Assembly (NCBI GenBank): GCA_964016885.1
Contig: OZ024741.1
Span: 236,902,001 to 236,966,000, forward strand
Origin: Eledone cirrhosa
Taxonomy: Eukaryota
DNA: 64,000 nucleotides
Reading direction: 5' to 3'
Made by a program: the position numbers and the translations under genes. Positions 23,911-38,300 of this stretch are shown in pieces (positions within the stretch are counted from its first letter, which is position 1; every line of letters begins with the position of its first letter). The notes beneath the pieces were generated by a model. The model worked only from the letters and a program-made list of their open reading frames with translations, did no database searches and was not told where the DNA came from.

Positions 23911-25029
23911 ACGTCAGCTTATTGTACTAAGGGAGGTAATTCTGTAACGCTATTTTTCTCTTTTGCTTTTTTACCTTGTAATTTAAATAGGTTTTCATTA
24001 TGTGTTCTTTTTATAGTCGACAAATACCCAATCAAGAAAGATCCGTTTACTCAGTGTTAGGAACATAATTGAAATGTTTATAATTTCAAGTCACATCGAT
24101 GAATTGTAAACATTTGTCGGCTAATAATTATGGTTCTTCGCCTATAGATAGCAGATGAAGACGACTTGATTAATCAATTAGGTTTTATGTGTCCGTAGAT
24201 GCCTTGTGCATCTGATTCTAGCACGTACGTAACGACCACATCTAAGGCACATATGTTTTGTGACTTTTTCGGAGCTCACGTTTAGTTTTCGATGACTGGA
24301 TGCAAGGCTTTTGATGTGACTGATTTAACAGTTTGGTATGTCTGCTGTAAACAATACATATCTTGCAGACATAAAGAAGTGCTGAAAGTACGCCTGTTTG
24401 GTAAATGTTCAGCTAAGTAGTGATGTTAATAAGCTCTACGACCCTAGAATATGGGGTATTGTCTTCTTAAAGCTAAGCTTGCTTTAGCTATCCTGAAATT
24501 TGCCTCATCATCAGGGTTTGCTTATCTAAAAAAAAAGTCTACCAAAAATAGGTGAACTTCTCTACTGCTCTGGGACAGGTAATTTTTACACTGTTATTTT
24601 CGAGTCAGTGTCTTCATAGCTTGACGAGGGTTGGTACATCATTTTAATATGTGTATGTGTGCGTGCGTGTTGAGATGTTGATGGTCAAACTTAAGTTGTC
24701 ACTGGCTGCAGAGAGTTTGTCTGTGGTTTAGTGCATGTTGCTGGCAGTGCTGCAATTCAGAGCACAGCTGTCAGCAAAGAGAACGTCACGATTATTTGTG
24801 GCTTTGACTTTAGTAATGCATGCAGTTGTGTAAAGTCGTGAAATCTATCCAACCCATGACAGTGCGTGTGTGTATCTATTTATACACATATATATATCGT
24901 TTAACGTCTGTTTTCCCAGCTACCAAAGGGTGGACATGTCACAGACTAGTCAGTACTCAAGCAAAGCCCCTGATCTCCAGGTAGGCCGGGTGCTCGACAT
25001 ACCATTTCATGCTCTAACAATGCTGGGCG

Positions 25030-26360
25030 AGGAGCTCAGCCCGGTGCAATTGGGTGTCGGCATGTCCAGTGGCTATGAGGGGGCCGCACATGCAACCAGG
25101 TAGTTCTTCAATAGCTGCTCCATCCGAACCGGCATCCAGAGACTTCAAGCACCTCATTGTCAAGCTTGACACGATGAATGCCTTTAACTGCCTATGCCGT
25201 GACCATCTGCTCGATGCCTGCCTCAGCCGAGCCCCCTCTGCCTACCTGTCATATAGAGCCCTGAGCATGCTCCTTGCTGCTGATACAGTAATACCTTCAA
25301 CCAGTGGGATCCAACAGGGTGACCCTTTGGGCCTCCACCTATTTGCTCTTGGTATAGACCACATTTCTCAGAGTATCACGACCCCTCTCAATGTTTGGTA
25401 CCTGGATGATGCTACGTTGGGCAGACCCGTGGAGACTGTCTGTCACGACCTGCAATCAGTGGTTCTTGCTCCGGCGGGAATCAGCCTCCAGGTCAACTCG
25501 TCCAAGTCGGAGGTGGTGAATGTCAACCACGATGCTGAGAGCGTTGCAGCCTCCGTCTCGGACATGCAGTCTATTCTCCTCCAGGTAACGGTTACCCCTA
25601 AAGAGGATGTCCTCATCCTCGGGTCACCGATCGACCCGCTCCACCATCAGGTCCAGGCTCCAGCAACTCAAGATGCTCACGAGCCGACTGGGCTTGATTG
25701 ACACTCCAGAAAGGTTAGTGCGCCGTCAGCTCGACCAGCACCACCTTGCATGTTTCCGCACTGCCTCACAACCCCACAGAGGGTGACTGGCTCCATGCCT
25801 TACCCTCCTTCTCCACTGGCACGCAGCTGGACAATGATAGCCTGCGCATCGAGGTTTCCCTGAGGCTTGGCCTCAGGATCTGTGAGCCACACAAATGTCG
25901 CTGTGGATCCACCGTGGACTCTTTCAGCCTCCACCCACTTTCCTGTCGCTATAGTGCTGGCCGCCTTTCACACCATGCTGCCCTCAACGAGGTCATAAAG
26001 CATGGCTTGGATGCTACAGGCTTCCCCTCACAGGTTGAGCCTCGTCTGGAATGCCACTTGCAGCGACACATTCTCCAACCGCAACCTGGTGCAGTCTGCG
26101 ACTAACCCAGGTTCTGCTGCACTTCGGGCTAAGGAGGATAAACTCTCCAAGTATTAGTCGCTCTCCGACAGCTTTGCAGTCGAGCCCCTAGCAGTGGAGA
26201 CTTCTGGTATCTTTGGCCCACCCCCCCTACTTACCACCATAGGTGCTGAGCTGGCTAGCCACAGGTGTGAGCCTCGCAAGGTGGAATGGCTCTTCCAGTG
26301 CATCTTGCTTACCATCCTCTGAGGAAACGCCTTCTCCATTCTGTCTGCCAGGGCCATGGG
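25030..26360 (+). mobile_element. CRE-clade RLE non-LTR retrotransposon remnant (RT, zinc knuckle, RLE)
   Basis: KLDTMNAFN, GIQQGDPLG, WYLDDATL; GDWLHALP...[14 protein letters not shown]...HPLSC...HAALNEVI; PLAVETSGIFG; GC-rich compared with flanks. Confidence 0.8.
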
Positions 26361-26764
26361 GCAGCCAGCACGTGGGACCCCATTTGCTCATAATACAGAG
26401 AGATGGGGATGGTGAGAGAGCTGGAGGCGATGACAGTAGGAGTTTGGCTTTTCTGTGTTCGGCGTCAGTTGTCCGTAAGGAGGTAAAAGTGGAATAGGAA
26501 CTTATCCACTTGTTTTTGTTGTTTTAATTTTCTTTCTTCTATATATATATATGTATAAGTAACCAGACAGTCCACCATTTATATTCCAAATGATATTTAC
26601 TAAAATTATAGTCATACATTACGAAATTTTAAATACATCAAACACTACTATCTCTAAAAATGTAAACTCTTAATAACTTTTCTTCTCGGACACGAAATCT
26701 GCAGTTCTCATAGGGAAGTTGTCATATACTTGACACATCGGAAGATTCCTCCCAACCCTTTATT

Positions 26765-27945
26765 TAGCAGGTTTTATGGCAAAACTCTCTGCAATGGTTG
26801 TGAAGGATGATCTTTTTAACTGGTTGAAGTCCTTCGTTCTCAGTCGAAGAGAGGCAGTCATGGTTCTAGGACAGCATTCTTCACCCTATGAGATGTCATC
26901 TGGTGTACCACAGGGATCTGTTCTTGGCTCCCTTTTGTTTGATGCATGTATTAATAATATAGATGCCAACTTAAAGAATGCCACAGTACTGAAATATGCA
27001 GATGACATCAAGCTGTACCTTGAGATAAAAAGGACAGATCCTGTATATTATAGATCTTTCCTGCAATCAGACCTGGACACAATGCAGCAATGGATCACAG
27101 ACTGGCAACTCAAGCTGGTTGTGGACAAGTGCACCACCTTCATTTTGGAAGGAAAACCCAGCGTTCACATACTCCCTCCACAACACTACTATCAAGAAGT
27201 CTTCTTGTGAACATGACCTGGGCATTACAGTCAGCAGTGATTTGCGTTGGACAAAGCACATCTCTAAAATTGTCAAGAAAGCTGAAGGTGTCTTGACATC
27301 ACTCTACAAGACCTTTGTCAGCCGCTCTCCAGCTATCTATTTAAAGCTGTATATAGCTATGGTACGGCCACACTTAGAGTTTGCATCACCAGTCTGGAAA
27401 CCCTATCTTGCTCAGAATTGACCTCCTGGAAACTGTTCAGAGACGTGCAACCAAGAGAATACCCTCCATCAGGCATCTACCATACTCTGAACACCTTGCT
27501 TCCCTGGGCATGGATACATTGAAACTCCGACGCCTGGCAACTGACTTGGTAAACAACCACAAAATTATTAACTATTTTGCCAACAACAACCCTGAGCACA
27601 TTTTTGAATTCTATGTGTCTAACACATGTGGGCATGCCTACAAATTGAGAAAACAGCACAGCTCCCATGACTTTCGGAAACATTTTTTCATGCTCTGAGT
27701 TGCTGAAGCATGAAACAAACTATCTTGTTAGCTGTCGAGATACTGCATCCTTTAAAACATGCTTCCTGAAATTCGCCAACACTACACTTGATATCCCCCC
27801 CCCCCTCCATACACATGCATGCAGACATGTATATCATGATTCATAAACTGTTCACTTTCCTAACATTTGTACATTATTCTATGCACCTTTGATGAGTTGT
27901 AGTGCACTTGAGTACTGTACACAATAATTTCATTATTATTATTAT
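26765..27945 (+). mobile_element. CR1-clade LINE, 5'-truncated, frameshifted, (ATT)n tail
   Basis: SGVPQGSVLGSLLF, KYADDIKLY, MVRPHLEFASPVW and LETVQRRATKRIP. Confidence 0.9.
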
Positions 27946-28479
27946 AATATATGGGTGGATATTTCGGACACGGAACTTTGTCAACCCTGCCACATTATCT
28001 GTTATACCCTGAATGATTGACAAATTATTTGATCAATTTTCTACCGTTTCCATTTTCTTTCATGAGATACATCGACATAAAGGTATGTTACATTAGTCTT
28101 TTCACCAATTATTTAGAAACATTTCTAACAATAATGAACTTTTTTGTTTTCTGCCGTAATAAAATAAAAAATAAAATAAAATATGTGAGAAATAAGCAAA
28201 ATATTGTCAGAGTTGTATTATTTTAGTCTATCCCTCTACCCACCATTGTATAAACTATAAATAACTACAAACTTATCCAGTGAAATAGATACGACTTCAG
28301 ATGAGATAACTACAAAAACATCCTATGACTCCATTGTTTAGTTCCCCAGTTTTTCTACTACCTCCCCACCACACTTTTTAAAATATTTCTGTTATATAAA
28401 ATCACAGGAGAGTTACAGAAAAAAGACAGAAACGGGTATTGAAGGGAAGTAACTGCAGTAGCTTTCGGCTTGTTAAAGA

Positions 28480-30540
28480 ATTTGTGGATGACAAAGCTGG
28501 AATTGAACAAGCGGGATAGGAAAAGCTCTGTGGAAAGTGAGAAGGGACAAATTCTTTAAATTTTCACTGCATGGAAAGTCGTTTAGCCATTTAAAAACAC
28601 ACACACGTGACATAGAATAGACAAATAGACAGGAACCCGGTTACTGAAAGCTGAACACATCTTACTTGGTACAAAGAGAGTTCAGATTAGCGAACTAGTC
28701 AAGCAGAAACTGACAGGAATTATAATCAACAGATGGTGGGTCTTGCAAAAGATAACTAGAGAGAACAGTAGAGTGGAGATGGAACTAGTAGATTGCTAAG
28801 AAGAGGCATTGCAAATGACATGCTAGCTGCAATAACCCTTGACCATTTTGGGGACAAGAAGTATATTGAATGCATTGTTTATGCTGAAACATCAAAAGCC
28901 ATCTGATGTGCTCAAGTAGTGCAAGTACAATGGGGAAACACAACCATAATTTTATCTCTAACAGGTTACAGTTGGCAACTACTAGTTGACCACAGACAAA
29001 TGTGTAGCTTTCCAGCAGCTGAACTCTTTGCAAAGAGCAACAAACTTGAGACAAATGGACTTTGATTCCTGCCTCGACAGTATGCTGTGACTGTTGATCA
29101 GGGAGGTGGAGTGCTGCGAAAAACTGATCTCTCACCAGATAAATCGCCCATTGCCCTTCGAGCTCTATTTTCACATGCCAGATTTGTTTACTGTTGTTTT
29201 AGCAGCTATCTACTGCAGCTGAAAACAAACCAAGAGCATTCCCAGTCATGTGAGCCAGAAAGTGGTGATGTTGCTAAGAAAATACCTTAATGGAGACATA
29301 ATAGAAAATGTTTCAGCCAGTAACTCTACTATACAGTGTAAAAGATTTTGGTAAAGGTGTTCACCAAGAGGTTGGCACTTGTCATCAGTGTAGTTGCAGA
29401 TGTGCATACCTATGCAATCACAGGTAGATCTATCTACAACAACCTCCATCTTATGAGATACATTGAGGGACGGGCTGGGGTTAGACCTGACTGTGGCAGG
29501 TTAATCTAAACCAGTTCAGAGCTTTTGATATAGATAACCATTGCTACCTAGAGGTTGTCCTAAGAGCAGTTGATTTCACTCATGTTATACGGGGTTGGAT
29601 TATCACAATATAGTGGCATCTGTTCAGTGGTTGAACTAAATCATCACCTCTCAGAACCCTTCAACAGTGCATACTCTGTCCATCAGGGATGACCTCCTCC
29701 CTCTATGTATTGGTGCTAGAGCCATTATTACAGAAGATGGAAACTTTGAAGGACATCCCACTCAAACTAGACCACTGGAAAACCATGAATGCCTATGCCA
29801 ATGATGACAGGCACCTCTGATGTGGAGGTGGTAGACACCATATTGGAAAAATGCCAACATGTGACTGGTAAAACAAGATAAGTCACTAGGCTTGGAACTT
29901 GACTTGTGGAAAGGCAAGTTCATGTTGCCCAGCAGCAACTTGTCATTGGACTGAGGGCTCAGTTAAGTGTTCAGGGTCTAATTTGAACCAGATCTCCAGG
30001 TGGACAAGAACAGGGGAAGAGGTGGGCAGTTTCATTCAGAAATGGGTTGAGAGAAAGCTGGTTTGAAGTTGGGAACACCTACATTACCTCAGTAGCATAA
30101 TATTACTTGACTGTCATCTTCTCTTGAGAAACATCTGACCAGTTTTGTATGCATACTGTTTCATTTTATGTGGAAAGAACAAGTTCTGCTGGTCAAAAAA
30201 TCCCTCTGCTGGCTTCACCCAGTCTGTGGCAATCACAGGATGCTGTCACTGATGATGCACTGGCAGAAATAACCTGACAGGAAAACCAGTGTAAGACATT
30301 TCTGTAGCTTCTCTCCTCAACTAAGCAAGTCCTGGGTTATGCACAGATCAAAGTTGGACATCTAGGGTGTTGGTGGGCAGCCATGTCACTCTATCAGCTG
30401 AATATAGTTGGATATCTAGGGTGTTGCCAGGCAGTCATGTCATTCTATCAGAGAGTTAATGGAGAAAATAAGTGCCGATGGTCTAGGAACCACTCTGGCA
30501 TTGATGATGGCAATCTGAGTAGACTCTTCTGGAAGGCATC
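28480..30540 (+). mobile_element. Old L1/Tx1-clade LINE remnant
   Basis: KILVKVFTKRLALVISVVADVHTYAITGRSIYNNLHLMRYIE (~29340-29467) and SVHQG...PLYVLVLEPL (~29675-29728) resemble Tx1 RT motifs. Confidence 0.65.
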
Positions 30541-31395
30541 TGTATATATATATTTATATATACACACATAATATATATATATATGTGTATGCATGTATGT
30601 AGTCTAACTCATGCCAGAGAGATACAAATACACTCACACATGTGCAGCATGATTAATTTGTTGATTAGCTTAATTGGCCACACAACCCACCTTCTTCTCA
30701 ATAAGTCTCGTGATTTATCCTTTTTTTTTTACTGAGTGTGTGTATTATATATGTGTGTGTGTGTGTGTGTGTGTAGGCAGTTGGTGAGTCAAAATATATT
30801 ACTATAGGTAGCACCTTGAGAGAGGATTATATTCCAATTCTGATTTCCACTGTGTTTGACAAGTAAACCGATCCCAGAGTTGAAGCTGATTCTAACTGAT
30901 TAAGGCTCTGAACTGGCCATTTGCAAAACATGTGATTATGAATAAAATATGTTAAATTGGACCTTCAATCTCACATTCTTAATATATATATATAATACAA
31001 GATTTATATGAACACCAGTCTAGGACAATACATTATACTGAAAATTTTAACTAATATATAGTCAGTTTTTGTACATCTCTATATATATATACACACATAT
31101 ATATATGTGTATATATAATTGCCACTTCTTTACAGAGGACAGCCATTTCTTCAACAAATTCCTTGCTATTATGAAACCACCACCAACTGCTGGCCAGTTT
31201 GATGAGTGAACAGGCTTTGTTTTGGTTACCTTTTCTGGACCCTTCCCATGTGGTATAGGTAAGCAGTGCGTCCTCAAAAAGGGCTGCTCAAGACTCCATT
31301 GAAGCATGTTGCTGTTCAGGTTTACAAGGTCTGGCAAGGAGAGTAAGAGGAAACCCAGCAGCACAAAAACATATATATATATGTGTGTGTGTTTG

Positions 31396-31426
<31 letters not shown>

Positions 31427-31477
31427 TCATACATAAATAGATGTATGTGTGTGTGTATATATATATATATATAAATA

Positions 31478-31915
31478 TTGGCTGCAAACGTGTTTGAGCA
31501 TTGCCATCACCCGATAAAATGCTAAAAAATGTGAGGCACGAATGTGGCTCTTTAAACCAGCCAAAGACTTGCACCCTCTGGCACATACATGGCAACTGTA
31601 GGCTCTTCTGGGACTTTCCATTGCTTTGTTCTGGTTGTGTGTTCCCATGAGTCTTTTAAGACCTCCCATGCTAACACATTCCTTACACCTTTTCAGATCA
31701 TAATCTACATGAGGTCTACTGATTTGACTTTGTACATGTCTAATCAAACCAGCTTTGCTCAGGCAGACTTGATCACACTGCTGGGAAACCAGATGATATT
31801 CAACAGCAGGCAGTTCAGAACAGTCTCTTTTCCTCACCTTCCTTTTCAGTGTTAGGTGTTCTCTTCGACGAGTTTCAAAGTGTTCACTACTCGACTTGAT
31901 CATACAATCATACAT
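31478..31915 (-). mobile_element. 3' end of an RTE-type LINE with three tandem C2H2-like fingers
   Basis: EHFETRRREHLTLKRKVRK followed by CDQVCLSKAGLIRH, CKECVSMGGLKRLMGTH and CHVCARGCKSLAGLKSHIRASH; (TA)n tail. Confidence 0.7.
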
Positions 31916-33795
31916 GTATGTGTTTTATTTAAGATATTTCTATATTTATAAGTTTCTCTAAATTAGATTCTAAGCAATCTTGTTTATCTAGATGTAAAGT
32001 ATATTATTGACAAATTTTACATATACATATGATACATATATTATACATGCATCTATACACATATAAGTATATACACCTAACACAAACACTCTCCTCTAAT
32101 CCTCTGTTCATACCAATCAATATATAATAAACACCAAATATTCAGAAATATTTTGTACCCCCATCATTGTGCAGCAATTGACAAGTTAGAAAGTTCAAAT
32201 ATGGTCCCTAAAATGAGAATCATAGCAACAACATATAATGAGTGATACCTTTAGCCAGCTGGACATAAGATGCCATTAGGAGGGTTATCATTGGTAACAA
32301 CCTCCAAGTGGACACCTGAAGCCAGTAAAAGGCCCTTTATTAGTTTTCATTCAACACAACACAACTCACATGTACAAAACTGAGAAGCGTTAAAGGTGTC
32401 ATTTGTTAGCAGGTCCCTTGTTTTTTTGTGTTTTGGTCTTTATTGGTTTCATGAAGATTAATAAAGATTTCTCTTGTATTGTTGCTGTCTGTTTGTAGAG
32501 TCCATAGTGGTAGTATGCTTGTTTTAAAGGTTGATAATATCTATAGTATCAACAGGAGTCTTTTGCTGTTTGGTAAGAGTCATGTGTTGACTATATAGTT
32601 TAAAAGGGGTTAGTTGCTGTCAGAGGGAATCACAAGGGTCCACAAGTACCTTGTTCATAACATTTAAAAGCTTTCTTGCACTTTGTTTTGTACAACATTC
32701 ATAAACTTCATCAACATGTGGCTGTCTAACATCCACATGATCCATGTTTTATAATGAGGATCAAAATGCTCCATGTTGGAAGGGCCATATGTTCCATGTT
32801 ACACATGAGAATCACATGCTCCATGTTTGGCTATCTGTGGTATCTACATGTTTCATGTTTAACTCTGATGTCCACATACTTCAAATCAAGTTATCTTTCG
32901 CACTAATTATAAGCTCCAAGTCTTTTTTTATCTATGAAGTTTACATTACATACTGAGTTGGTTGCCTCATGAAGCCAACATGTTCCATGTTCCAATTGAC
33001 TGGTTGTCTGAGATTCATAGTCTCCATATATAAATATATATATATATTAATTGTGTGTTTACTGCCTTTCTGTTTTTCAATTCTTTCTTCAACATGTATA
33101 ACTGCTCATTAGAAACTGTGTATCTCATCAGCCAGCAATGAATGGACATCACCATGTACACTTCCATCCAGCCCTGTTGTCATAGTTATAGTTTTTTTTT
33201 CTCTTCTAAATTTTAGAAAAAATATCATGGATTTTTGCTTTTTACAAAATGGTTTTGAATTTATAAAGCAGATATAAAGTTGTAGAGACCTCCATTGGAG
33301 CTCTAAGTCGAGAATACCAACCTTAATCTAAATGACTGTAATACCAGTAATGTATGGACAGTTGACTTAGTTGACATGAGAGTGACATTGAAGATATATC
33401 TACTGAAAAATGTGGCTTTCAGAAGTTCTTAGGAAATATTCTGTCAGTATAATCATATAAGTTATTTGTATGTTTATCAATATTTATCAATCAAAATATT
33501 TATCTCTGGCAGACTGAGTTTGAGTTTAGCAGTGAAATTATAGTCTTAGTAAGCAGATGTTCTTTGAAAATACAAATATAAGTTTGTAGTAAATTCTAAA
33601 TATTGATGAATCATTTTGATATCCAGCATACAATGATGATGAGGAGGACTGCCTAGTGTGGAATTTCTACAAAAGATGTGAATAAATGATCAAAAGACCA
33701 ACATATTGTCTCTGAAGACACCCACAAAAAAACAAAACCGCTTTTTTTCAACAGTTGACTTTTTAGATATTGTAACCATTATATGTTGTGTTTCC

Positions 33796-33833
<38 letters not shown>

Positions 33834-34262
33834 AAGAGGGAGGGGGGGGGGGTAACATTTTTAGAATATTTATACATATTTCCTTGAAAAGTAACAATCA
33901 CCAATTGGATAAAAAAAATCTCTTTTGTGATGCCGAAGGACTTGTCAGTTTTTAATTGTATTGAGACAATCTTAAGAAAGAAAAGAAACGTAAAGAAAAA
34001 AAAAACAACCAATACACAAACTTCCTTTCAAAACGGGACAACAGTAGTTCTAATCACTGGGGCAGTCTGTATCCTATCTTTGGGCAAGACAACTTTTAAA
34101 TATAATTCCTTTAGTTGTCTCAAAGCAACACTGATGTCAACAGGTTGGGATGATGACTTGATAATTGATCGTCACAGAACTGATTGGAAATTGATGAAGG
34201 GGAGGAGTATGGTGCTTTATAGATTCAAGATCAAAATGTCTTGAATGAAGGAGAGGAAGAGA

Positions 34263-34309
<47 letters not shown>

Positions 34310-34634
34310 GACAAAGAAGAGAGGGACAGAAAGTAGGAGAAAACAAATTGTACTGAGCTGTAAAAGTAGTGTTGAAGAGAGAAAGAAAGTGTAATGAAAG
34401 ATTTTCAGTTCAAATCGTACAGACTCAAGCTCTTCACATCAGCCACGAGGAGGGCATCCTTGCTCTGATAACTGATTGCATTCTGAAACCACTTCAGTTG
34501 GCTCATATTCCACTTGGGATAATAAACAATGTGAATTGCTCTTTGAAGACATACACAACTGCAAGTATACACACATATATACACATACAATCAATATGTA
34601 ACATGTATGTACATAAGTATAGTTGCGATATTGG

Positions 34635-34723
<89 letters not shown>

Positions 34724-34867
34724 TACATATATACATACATACAGGAGTAACCAAATATCTAATATATATGCATATAAGTATTTACAAATGTGTCAGAGTG
34801 TTTTGTGTGTATGTTTGTATGGGCAATATTTGTTGAACTGAATATGTTTATGTACATAAATACACAC

Positions 34868-34936
<69 letters not shown>

Positions 34937-34987
34937 TGTGAATGAAATGAGTTTTTAATATCTTGACATGAGGCTATGTAAAAGATA

Positions 34988-35135
34988 TTGCTGCTGTTTG
35001 ACACAGTGAACATCTATGTTCAGTATTGCTGTTAAAACAGTGAACACATATGTTCTACAATGCTGCTAAAACAGTGACCATATGTTCAGCAGTGCTGTTA
35101 AACAGTGAACACATATGTTCAGCAATGATGTTGAC
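34988..35135. repeat. ~30-35-bp minisatellite (about 4 copies) just 3' of ZNF-B
   Basis: Unit gctgttaaacagtgaacacatatgttcagcaat. Confidence 0.8.
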
Positions 35136-35353
35136 AAAATTAACAGACATGTCTAGTAATCAAAGCAAGCTAACAGTGAAACTCATACACTGATTGTCAG
35201 AAAAATTGACTTCTAATTTCAATAGCAGTCCTCCCCCCACACACATACAGAAATTATAACGAATGGGGGGAAAACACACATACACACACACACATATTTA
35301 CAAATACATACATTCACATGGAAAAAAAAATGAAAAAAAAACACTTTCTTTTT

Positions 35354-38300
35354 TTACTGGCTTTTTGGTGAAGAATTGCCACTTTGATGAATACTTTCTT
35401 CTTCTTCTTGTTTATTGTTTTTGTTCCAGTCATAATTCATCGTATTGGGAACGTTGGTCCAGCCAGAACTCAACATAGGGGGCAGAGGAAACTCTCTCAG
35501 CCAAATATAGTTGTTCTCCCAACTGGGGGGCATTTCATGTAAGAATGTTGTGGGAGCAGGTGAGGGGACAATTATTGGGGTCAACGAGTCTTTGCTGGAG
35601 TCGGATTTGATAGAAGCTGAAGAGTTTGAGTCTGTTCGACACGGCCCTTTTGGCAGTTCTGTGATGGGTTCTTGAATAGAATTAGTGTTTGATTTGTTAT
35701 TGATGCTGCTGTTGCTGTTGCTGTTGTGGTTGTTACTGCTGTTGTACATATTGCTATTATTACTGTTGTTGTTGCTGTTAGTGGTAGATGGGGTGGAAGT
35801 TGTGGTGCTGTTGTTGGTGCTGATGGTATTGTTGTTTGTTCGAATATTTGGTGGTGGTGGGGACTTAACTGAAAGCTGGTGTTTTGGAAAGTCTGAATGG
35901 TTATTCTGAAAGCAGTTGTGTTTCGTAAAGTTGTTGCGGTCCGTAAAATATTTGTTACAACCATCACAGTAAAACACCTGCTTCTTACCTATCTCTGTGT
36001 GTGTTTTCGTATGGGCTTTCAGAGCAGAACTGTGAGAGAATACTTCTCCACATAACTCACAATGATATGGGATGTCTCCAGTATGCAGTCGTTCATGGTT
36101 ACGGTGAAAGAAGCGGTTTGAGAACTCCTTGCCACAGAAGCGGCACAGGAGTAATTCTCCTGTGTGCATACGCATGTGATCATTTAGACAGTTCTTCTGA
36201 GAATATGACTTCCCACATATATCACAATGAAATGGTTTCTCACCAGTGTGTTTGCGTAGATGTGTCTTTAGGTTACCTCGCTGAGCAAATGCTTTATCAC
36301 AAAATGTACACTGGAATGGTTTCTCTCCTGTGTGTGTGCGCTCATGATTGCGAAGGAAAAACTGGTTAGCAAAAGATCTCTTGCAATAGCTACAATAAAA
36401 TAAGTCTCCTGTGTGTATCCTTTTGTGGTCATTTAGGCAATTTTTCTGGGCAAATGCCTTCCCGCAAATGTCACATATGTAATCCTTTTCCCCAGTATGT
36501 GTTTTCATGTGCATTTTTAAGTTACCTTGTAACGTAAATCGTTTTTGGCAGAATTCACATTCGTAAGACTTTTGGCCTGAGTGACTTAGTTCATGGCTTT
36601 TGAGGAAAAAGCGATTGGAAAATCCTTTGTTGCAAACAGGGCAGTAGAATAGCTGTCCAGTGTGGATTCTTTTATGATCGTTCAGGGTATTTTTCTGTGT
36701 AAATGCTTTATCACAGATGTCACATTGAAAGGGTTTCTCCCCAGTGTGTATTCTTAAATGTGTTTTGAGGTTTGTCCGGTGAGTGAAGGACTTGTCACAA
36801 ATTTCACAGGTAAATGGTTTCTCACCAGAGTGAATCATTTCATGATTTTTTAAGAAGAACCTGTTGTTAAATGTTTTATCGCACACTCCGCACGTATAGA
36901 CTTCATCCGAATTCTTATGGACTTGCTGATGACTTTTGAGAAAAAATTCATTAGAAAACTCTTTTTGACAAATGGAGCAGTAATACATGTTGCCTGTATG
37001 TATTCTTTTGTGGTCATTAAGGCAGTTTCTCTGAGCAAATCCTTTTCCACAAACATTACATATAAATGGTTTTTCTCCAGTGTGTATTCTCAAATGGATT
37101 TTTAAATTGCCTCTCTGGGAAAACTGCTTATCGCAAATATCACATTTGAATGGTTTCTCACCTGAATGGATTCTTGAATGGTTTTTCAGAAAGAATTTAT
37201 TTGAAAAGTTCTTGCCACAAATGCTGCAGTTAAAAGTCTCACCAGTATGTATCTGTTCATGACTTTTTAGAAAAAATTGGTTTGAGAAGCTTTTGCTGCA
37301 CAATTCACACTTGAACGTTTCACCTGTGTGTAGGTTTTTATGATCATTCAGACAGTTTCTTTGTGCAAATGCCTTACCACAAATGTCACAGACAAATGGC
37401 TTCTCCCCTGTGTGAATTCTAAGATGCGTCTTTAAATTCCCATTTTGTGAGAATTTCTTGTCGCAGAATTCACAAGCATATGGCTTTTCCCCACTATGAA
37501 TTCTGGAATGATTTTTCAAAAAGAACTTGTTGGAAAATGTCTTTCCACAGATTGTACATTTGAAAATCTCTCCTGACTTGTGGGTTTGTTCATGGCTTTT
37601 CAAGAAGAATTGGTTTGAAAATTCTCTTTTACAAATACCACACACGTAGGTGTCTCCTGTGTGAAGCCGTCTGTGGTCATTTAGACAATTCAACTGCGCA
37701 AAAGATTTGTCACACAGATCACATTGAAATGGTTTCTCACCTGTGTGAGTCCTGAGGTGAGTTTTAAGATTTGTACGCTGACCGAAAGCTTTGCCGCAAA
37801 AATCACATTTAAATGGCTTTTCTCCTGTATGGCTACGTTCATGATTTTGGAGAAAGAAGCGGTTTGCAAACGGTTTTTTGCAATAGCTGCAAAAAAACAA
37901 ATCTCCTGTATGTAGGCGCTTATGATCTTTGAGACTGCTCTTCTGAGCAAAGGATTTCCCGCATTCATCACAGCTAAACGGTTTCTCACCAGAATGTGTG
38001 CGAAGGTGAAGTTTTAGGTTAGTTAGATGACTAAATGTCTTTGAGCAAATACTACATCGGAACGGTTTGTCAACAGTAGATCCAGAAGAATTGATGTTCC
38101 CAGCATTGTAGTGTGGGGGCATATGAAGTGGTTTCACAGGTGACGGTGCTTGGAAACAAGAATCACTCTTGCCACCTCCAATCTGAGTACCTGTAATATT
38201 ATTGTTATTATGGTTGTGGCCATTGTTGTTGGTGTTGTTATTATGATTATTGTTATTAGTATTATTATTAATATTATTGTTGTTGTTGTTGTTATTATTA

